From positions 28,768,001-28,832,000 of the forward strand of contig OX597828.1 of NCBI GenBank assembly GCA_951406725.2: DNA of 64,000 bases. The letters run 5' to 3'. This DNA is from Octopus vulgaris. Its lineage: Eukaryota. The notes beneath the pieces are model-generated. The model was not told where the DNA came from, did not search any database, and was given only the letters and a program-made list of their open reading frames with translations. Of this stretch, positions 55,715 to 64,000 are shown piece after piece. Within the stretch, counting starts at the first letter, position 1. Each line of letters begins with the position of its first letter. A program made the position numbers and the translations under genes.

Positions 55715-55912
55715 TTTAAGCTCAACGCCTGAAATTTGGAGGAGAAGTATAGTCGATTACACCGACCCTAGTACTCAAATGGTACTTATTTTTTCGACCC
55801 TGAAAAGAAAGGTAAATTCGATCTCGGCGAAATTGGAACTCAGCGCGTAAAGACAGATGAAATGCCACTTTGCAATTTGCCCGGCGTGCTAACGATTCTG
55901 CCAGCTCGCCAT
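55715..55912 (-). mobile_element. SINE family B (diverged)
   Basis: Colinear with 4203-4402. Confidence 0.8.
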
Positions 55913-56199
55913 CTTGACAATAAATAAATAAGTAAATAAATAAATAAATATGTATATTCTTCGCATGTTCTAGCTTTGTTCTTTGGTTTAAAATTCAAAC
56001 TTCAAATCCCGCAAAAATTAACAAGAAATGATTACCCCCCTTACAATAACTGGCCACCAGGGTACATCATATGTTTAATAATATTGTAGTTGGTACTCAC
56101 CACAAATGATGCTGACTGCTTCATGATAAGAGCTGGTGCAATGGGGGTGACTTGAAGAGAAAAGGAGCAGTATTTTCTGCCCTGAATATCATCATCATC

Positions 56200-56680
56200 A
56201 TCAGCTTCATAAGCGGAGAAACAAACAAGCTTATCCAATGCTGCTTAACATTTTTGTTGCATTCTTCCTACAGCTACATGTAGGGACCGGCTTTATTATG
56301 AATTTCTGTTCTATATTTTTATGTTATGTTTATGACTGATACCGTTTTCAGCAAAGACTTGCAGGACATCGGCTGTGCTGTTGGATCCAAACATTTAGAC
56401 ATTATTTTCCAGCTGTTTGAAGAGGAATGGGTAGACTTTTTATACGTTCTTCTAGCTTTGCAGCTCGTTCTTGTTCAAACAGCATCAGCTCCTCATCAGG
56501 CAACCTTTCTCAAGAGGATTCTTGCAAGTCAACCACATTATCTTTATCGTATTCTTCAAAGCCTTCATTATATGCAAGTGCTACAACGTCTTACTGAACC
56601 TGTTGTTGATTGTTTGGGCATTAAGTTGAGTTTCAATCCCACACCAAAATTTTAACACTGTTTTTCGTCCAGCGTACAAC
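56200..56680 (-). mobile_element. Tigger/pogo transposase C-terminal relic
   Basis: The minus strand reads DVVALAYNEGFEEYDKDNVVDLQESS*ERLPDEELMLFEQERAAKLEE, like the acidic post-DDE segment of Tigger transposases. Confidence 0.6.
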
Positions 56681-59204
56681 ATGGGAATAAATGTAAAAAA
56701 TGGCATCGCGTTACGGAGTTCGAGTTACGCATTCCTCCCGCAACCCGAGAGATTACTGTATGTGACTTACTTTCGTACTTCAGTATTCGCTTTTCAGTCA
56801 TTCTGTATCGTACTGTATTGTAAAAGTTTATTACTGACAGGTAAGTTAAACCAAATATATATTTCTAAATAAAAGAAATGTATACTTAAACATACCATAT
56901 GCTGTGATTTTTATATTGTAAACTACTAAACTTTTCCGAATTTCCGTAAGCCCCGAATTATTGGTTGTATCTCGAAGTAAGTGGTTCTACTTTATAATTT
57001 CTGTAAGCACGGTAGTTTTCATAACACTGGTGATCCTTGTGTTCATATTTATTCGTTCGTTTACACAAATGTGTGAGTTTGAGATGCATTGATCCAACGA
57101 GCTAAACCCAAGTGAAAGAGATAGATGGATTGATAAAAAAGAGAGATGGAAAGAAAGAAAGAGAGGAGGAGAAAGAAAGAGAAGAGAGGAGTAGGGAAAA
57201 GAACTATGTGAATACATATATATATATTTGTATATTATCATGTCTAAGCGTATGTCAGCATATATGTACAAGTATATGAAATGCATGTGTCTTACGCATG
57301 TATGGTACACATGTATCTACAGGAGCATCTATGCACATACGCGTGCGTGTATGCACATAAACATGCATGTACGCCATGTAGAAACGTCGATGCGTCTTAC
57401 TGACTGTGGTAGGATTAATCGTCATGATGGAGGTATAAAACCATTCACGGGTTTAATAGTTTTCGCCGTAATTGCACATTTCAAATTCTGTTGACCTCTC
57501 GATCCCAATCCTAATACTCATCGACCTCAAGTTAGGTCACGACCTTTGAGGAATAAGGAGCCTCGCTTTCAAATAAATGATAAAAAGTGGATCATCACCA
57601 AGCTGGTTGGTTGCATAATTTGAATATCAATTCGAATACATTTAGCAAACGTAGAATCGAGAATGCTAATAAACCAGCCAGACGATAACTGGTTCGAGTA
57701 TTACAGTGTACACTCACTCATTCATTAATTTCTGCCGTGTAAGGTGGATGGAGTGTGGACAGTGACTTTTTTTCCTCCAGAATCGGTAGAGCTTGAGACA
57801 AAATATCTCTGGAAATTTAGCTACCATTTTCCTTTTTAACTTCTGTGTTCAAATTGGGGAAGATATAAATTTCACCTTTCATCCGTCCAGTGTCAATAAA
57901 ATAAAGAGTAAAATTCTGAGGCAGTGGAACATGGGATAGAATGTCTTGCAGCATTTGTCACGATCATTTGCCTTCTAGGTTCAAATCTAGCCGGGGTCTA
58001 TTTATCTGAACCCTTCCGATATCGATAAATAAAGTACTAATCAAGTATTGAGTGCGAGTCTTCTCTCCCCCCTTCCTCTGTCTGTTTGTCTGTCTCTCTC
58101 AGAATCAGCTACATTATGATGTAGGAAGGGTCTAGACCTTTCAGTGGTTACGAATAGTTTTAAAATTTCATATCTAGGGTAAACCCAAAATCATCATCAG
58201 ATGATCACGTACAATTACTCCATGCATTTATCAGTGGCTTGTAACGCATCGTTATTTCAGTTGCTTTCAGAGTCTTCGGGCGCGCGCGTATACACACACG
58301 CTTACTGACGAAAGCAACCGTTTCACTAACATCTTTTACGGTACGAAAACCAAAAGCATTTATTTTGATATTCTAATTACCGTATGTCTCATTGGAAACC
58401 ACTCGCACTCATGCCCGTAAATACAGCGCAGTTGGTCTAAAGCTAAATTCCAATTGTTGATAGAAATCCATTATTCTCTGTTTTATATCTTATCTTTTGT
58501 GGGGTATTTTTGCTGATTTTGAGCTAGTGTTTGATACCATACGACATATTGGAGTCAAAGACAAAACTTCTCTGTGGTCGATTGAATTGGTAGAAACAAC
58601 AGCTAAATTTTCACTAAATCATACCCCATCCCTTTGAAAGCATGATAATATATTTCCAGATATCCCTAGAAATATAGGATCTTGTTTAGGATCGTAGATA
58701 TGGTCAATAATGGATGTTCTGGATCTGAAGAAGAAAGAGATTGCTGGAAGCGAATTTATAAGTAAACATTTGTTTAATACTTTCATTCTGTTTTCCAAAC
58801 AATATAACTTTTATCTTTGTTGCCAACTAACTTTTAAATCCCTAACTTACACTAATATTAGCTCCAACTCTATTTACGAATTTCGCCCTAAAAGTAAACC
58901 AGATACGATCTTAAAAACAAAGGTTTCTACAGAACCAATTTCTTTTACTCTAATCCCGACTCCTAGTATAGCACACTAAATTGAACCTAATACGGAACCT
59001 TAAAACTTATATGCATTCTGATTTCCATTTGAAGCAATCTCATAGCTCTTGGGCCTCCAATGTCATTTGGGAATTGTAGAGTCATTAAAATAAACCATTA
59101 TTTTTCTGTATATACACTTATATAGAGAAACATATGAATATGTGTGTGTTTATCTGTGTACATATACACACGTTTATATACACACATACACCCCCCCCTT
59201 TCTC

Positions 59205-59562
59205 TCATCTTTCGCTTGTTCCATGCATTGAATTGTGGCCATGCTGGGGCACCGTTTTGAAGGTCCCACTAGTTACATAATTTTAAGTCTGGAACCTATT
59301 CTATCGGTTACTTTTGCTAAACTGCTCAGTTACGGAGATGTAAACAAACCAACCAAACAAATTCCAGTTGTCAAGCGATGGTGAACAAACACATACACAC
59401 ACATATATATTCGACAGGTTTCCACACAGATTCCATCGATCAAGTTCCCTTACAAAGCATTTCATAAAAGACACTTGCCAAAGGTGCCGCACAATAGAAT
59501 CGATCTCAAAACCACTTAGTTGCACAGCGAGCTTCTTAACCATACAGGTATGCTCACGCCTT
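59205..59562 (-). mobile_element. Old SINE family A copy; similar copies at ~12390-12720, 19840-20250, 27843-28090, 35945-36330, 40565-41095, 50065-50440 and 61825-62010
   Basis: Recognisable blocks GGCCATGCTGGGGCACCG, GACACTTGCC-AAGGTGCC and the tRNA-like head. Confidence 0.75.
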
Positions 59563-60696
59563 TATATATATATGATTAAACAAGAGGTTAATATTTCAAA
59601 GAGGTGAGAAAGCAATCGACCGATCACGGAAGGAAATAAAAATCGACTTTTGCTGGATTTGAACTCAGAACGCAGAGTGTCAAGATTAAACGGGGGGTAA
59701 GTTCAGCGAGCTAACGCTTCAGCCAATTCGCCACCTTCTGCTTGCACATGTATTAATTAGATTTCATTTTATTATGAAAATCTCACTCATCAAATGAATT
59801 GACTTTTCAAACAGTTTCTTACGAAATCTAATATACACAAATATACGCATCGATATTTAGTTGACTATCATTGGCACCATAGCTGCAACTCAAATCGTTA
59901 AACTGGAATCAATAGTACTTTGGAATCGATAATACGAAATTTGTAATGTCTAATTAGCATTTGGAATCGGTAAATATTAGATTGGAATCAGCAATTATCA
60001 GCTGTGAATTTTGATGACATTCCGTGCGAGGTTATTGGCTTGTTGCGAGTGCTGAGTTTCGGCTTAGCAAAGAATGCAAAGCCAAGTTCAATGTAGCAGT
60101 ACTCGTCGACTTCGTGCTGGTCAATTATGCAACTACGGTGAGAATTGTCACATCTGTGATTACCATTTATATAATTAACAATTCAAGACACCGCCAAACT
60201 TGTGATTACACCGAAAAGTAATAAAAGAATAATGTTCAAGTTAGTAGTTTACATTTGTTTAGCAGGAAACAAGAGTTGGCCGCCCGGCTGATACAGAAAT
60301 CCACGCACGAAAAATAACCATCAACTAACTCCGGTTTTATTTGCGACAGATTTTAGTGGCTTTGAATTTGGGGAAACGGCTGGTGGAGGAGAATAGATAA
60401 TTTAAGAGAGTTCAAAATGAAAAAGAAAATTAATTATATAATGGTTTCTGATTTAGGCACAAGGCCAGCTAGTTTGGGGGAAGGGGTGTGTTGATGTCAA
60501 TAACTTGTACTTTATTTTATCGACCCCGCACAAACAAAAGTAAAGCAGACCTCAACAGTGTTTGAACTCAGAACGAAGGAGCCAAAACAGATATCCCAAA
60601 GCATATTTTCCATGCTCTAATAATTCTGCCAGCCTTAAAAAATAAATCAGTGAGCTGGCAGAGTCGTTAGATTGTCCGATAAAAATGCTCTGTGTT

Positions 60697-60860
60697 ACCG
60701 TATTTTTCGGCATACAAGTTAACTTTGTGTATGGTGCAAATGTTTAAACGTCGTCAATATCTTTCCGAATTCAGCTGCATTTCACATGGAATTTGTAGTG
60801 TATAAGTCGACCGACTTGTTTTGCTTGTAAATTTTGGTTTGAAAAATCTCGGTTGTCGGA
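60697..60860. mobile_element. Tc2/pogo-like MITE end inserted in a family B SINE; related bits at ~23250-23960 and ~29900-29965
   Basis: TA-CCGTATTTTTCGGC terminus and internal GTATAAGTCG motifs. The SINE resumes at ~60868. Confidence 0.45.
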
Positions 60861-61276
60861 AAAAATGGTATTTATTTCGGCTCTTAACATTCCGAGTTCA
60901 ATTCCCACCTTTCCTCTCTTCACGATCCGATAAAAATCAATACCATTCAAATATTGGAAGCAAATGTACTATGTTACACCCACCTGCCTCGGAACTTCAG
61001 ACCTTGTGCCTAAATTTAAAAATCATTTTATAAAGATTAAGTATACAATGGAATAATTTTTATGCTTGAATATGGAGAATATGAGTCTAGCAATTTGGGC
61101 AGAAAAATGTAAAACTTATAGGAATGCTATTAAGCTTTTTGATTGCGGATCGATCAAACTTTGCCTGGAATGTTGAAGGTGAGAGTGTTTAGATTTGAGG
61201 AAGCATTGCATTTCCAATTCTTATCTCCGCGAACCATTCGTTTGTATAGTGCCTGGTTAAACGTAGACTATGATAG

Positions 61277-61331
<55 letters not shown>

Positions 61332-62498
61332 CGGGTAACTTTGGAACTATGCTTGGGTAAATTGATAAAAGTTGTAATAATTATTATACGTATGCCATAT
61401 TCCCTGATCTTACCCATGGGGAAAAAGTGTTCTGTAGGGATAGTCATTCGGAATACTTTGTTACGGATCCATAAGCTAGCTTCTACCCAAGTGATTAATG
61501 AAAATAAGAGAAAAACCTAATCTGTTAGCAAACAGCTTGCTTAAAGGGCATGTAAGGAATTGTTAACTAATTGCAGAGGCTTTTTTTCAGCTATAACCAA
61601 ATACTCATCTCTTCATCTTCCTGCACGGTCTTTTCTGTGTGTGTATGTGTGTGTGTGTTAAACATATTTGAGTTAAGGTAAAAAATGTGGAGAAAAAAGT
61701 ATTCTAATATCAAAGTGAAAGTAGCGTGTTTCAGTGGAGCAGAAAACCTTCACAAACTCTTGCTAAGAATACCACGCAACCGATCATCAAGTGATCGGTT
61801 ACGAGAAACTGAATTACAATATATACGTATGTATCCCACCATCGCTTGACGGCCGTTGTTGGTTTGCTTACATCCCCGGAACTTATTGTTTCAGCAAAAG
61901 AAACGATGTAGTTGATTAAGAAAAAAATATATACTGTGGGTAATTTGTTCGACTAAAATCCTTCAAAGAGGTGCACCAGTATGGCCGAAGACCAATGATT
62001 GAAACTGAAAGAAAGATGAAGGCAACAAACCAACAAAGGAACCACCTTTCTCAAATCACAACATACTGAATTGTAGGCGGATAGATTGAATAATGTGGTT
62101 CTCGGTTCCCAGTACATTGGGAAAATACAAAAGTGTAAGAGGTCAAATGCTCTTGTTCACTGGTCTGCTCGATGGTTTGTCTGATCATAGTCTAAACAAC
62201 AACAACAAATCATCACCGGTCATTCAACGATCAGCTACAGATGTCCAGATATGCCTATAACTGCCTATACAGAGACGTTTCGGTCTATCTGTCTGTATGT
62301 GTGTATGTGATGACAGTTTACAATAAAATAGATGATAGATGATCTCAACGTGTATTATCCAATAAAAACCACATAACAATAACAAAACGAATAAAAACAG
62401 ACCTTCGTTAATAATAGATATTCCAGTATTAGTTTTGATAATGTTATCAAATATCTTACTGTCTTATCTCTCTCTCTCTCTCTCACACACACACACGC

Positions 62499-62541
<43 letters not shown>

Positions 62542-62989
62542 ATACACACACAACAATATCTGTAAATGTCTGTCTTTCTCTGTATAAACACACACACATA
62601 TACATACACACATACTATATTGTATTATATAGAGTGAAATAGAATAAAGACAAAACTACAAAAATAAAGCATAAATTAAAAAAGAATTTCACAGCATATA
62701 TAAAGTATTATTATCTTTAGTAATAATGACATAAAATATTTCGTTTATTACCGAAAATCAAATGATTTCAGAATGCAAAAGTCGATGAAATTGTCTACTC
62801 CTGGAAGCATCAAACATCGCGTTATGATTTACATGGTATATAAACACAAATTAGTTGAAATTATTATTATTATCATTATTATTATTATTGTCATTGCTAT
62901 TCCTGTTGTTGTTGTTGTAATCATTTGTTATACATGCTGTTGTGACGATTCATAGCTTCTTTTCATGATTATTTTGCTGCTATCAAATT

Positions 62990-63025
<36 letters not shown>

Positions 63026-63477
63026 TTAATAGGTTCTCATCAAATGTATATATTAGTATAAGCGTTCGCAGGTCACAGCCTAGCATAGAATTTTAGACGC
63101 AGTGAATGAGGAACGCATCTTCTGAGTGTTGAAATGATTCGCTAGAAATAACAACCGAATTTTGACCAAGTTAAAATGGCAAATGTTTGCAAAAAAAATT
63201 GGTGGATTAATTATGGATGTGATGTCATTATTTTTTAATTCTGTTTCGTAAAAATTTATGTCGTTTGTAGCAATTATTCCATGTAATAATCACTGACTGT
63301 CTGCTTTTGTGATGACGGGAGACCAAGAAGGGCCTTTGTGCAATTCGGTGGGTTTTATTACCAGAAGACATGTTAGTCTGTAAATATTGTCTTTTCCTTA
63401 TAGATGCATATATTTGACACTGACATCTACTAGCAATCCCTACATACATATATACATTATACAAAATACATATGCAT

Positions 63478-63610
63478 AGGCGCAAGAGTGGCTGTGTGGT
63501 AAGTAGCTTGCTTACTAACCATATGGTTCCGGGTTCAGCCCCACCTTGGGCAGACCAAAGCCTTGTGAGTGGATTTGGTAGACGGAAACCGAAAGAAGCT
63601 CGTCCTGTAT
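63478..63610 (+). mobile_element. SINE family A, 5' half with internal deletion
   Basis: AGGCGCAAGAGTGGCTGTGTGGTAAG...GGATTTGGTAGACGGAAAC. Confidence 0.85.
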
Positions 63611-63756
63611 ATATATATATATATACATATAGGAAAGTAAAAGCAGGGAAAATTACATCGAAAGTTCACAGTGGAGATATGTCCATAATATAAATAATAT
63701 TGTATTAATAAATGACTATATAAAGTATAACTATGATTATTTTAAAAGATTTGGGA

Positions 63757-63822
63757 GATCTTATGATCGTTTCATCAATATAAGTTAACTATTATTAGAA
63801 AGTACATCCATTCGTCAGAGGT
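63757..63822 (-). ncRNA. Degenerate minimal hammerhead motif
   Basis: Minus strand ACCU-CUGACGA-AUGGAUGUA...UAUAUUGAU-GAAAC GAUC AUA-AGAU. The core is intact. Helix III has G-to-A and helix I has one mismatch. Confidence 0.55.
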
Positions 63823-64000
63823 AAGGATGAATTTCAGTGTAGTAGATCGAATGAAAGGGATGCTATTTCAAATCGTATGATAAAGGTGTTGTTTAAAAAG
63901 CTATTGGTATAGATGTGTGTTGGTATAAACTTGGGTTAACATATTTTAAGTTCATTCCAATATTATGGACGTATCTCTGTGATTTTTATGATGTAATTTT

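Noticed and set aside
56326-56655. 109-aa plus-strand ORF as a host gene
   Set aside because: It is the antisense of the Tigger-like relic.
58840-59005. Interstitial telomeric repeat
   Set aside because: Only scattered CCTAA-like words, with no true (TTAGGG)n run.
59903-60000. CRISPR-like repeat-spacer array
   Set aside because: The repeats are only 8 nt, the context is eukaryotic and there are no cas genes.

Overview
AT-rich eukaryotic non-coding DNA (intergenic or intronic), dense in (TA)n, (CA)n, (GA)n, (TAA)n and (GATA)n microsatellites and in retroposons. The repeat make-up points to an octopus or other coleoid cephalopod genome (inference). No intact host protein-coding gene is recognisable, and almost every ORF in the track is a microsatellite or SINE artefact. 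Supported content: (1) at least three tRNA-derived SINE families, one CORE-like, one Nin/Deu-like and one of ~385 bp; (2) decayed R4/Dong-type RLE LINEs stacked in (TAA)n tracts, one interrupted by a CR1-type LINE; (3) an RTE 3' end; (4) mariner, Tigger/pogo and Chapaev3 transposase relics; (5) a ~520-bp TAA-tailed repeat. The main signal no ORF explains is six sequence-unrelated minimal type I hammerhead ribozyme motifs of the Penelope/retrozyme kind, one near-intact and five with 1-3 lesions. All lie on the minus strand, in short AT-rich cassettes beside (TA)n tracts. One ribozyme-less sister copy starts almost exactly at the predicted self-cleavage site. Long fold-back palindromes and several 'duplication plus templated filler' scars are also present. 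There is one weak plus-strand exon candidate at 53547-53676. All calls are by eye, and boundaries of decayed elements are approximate.
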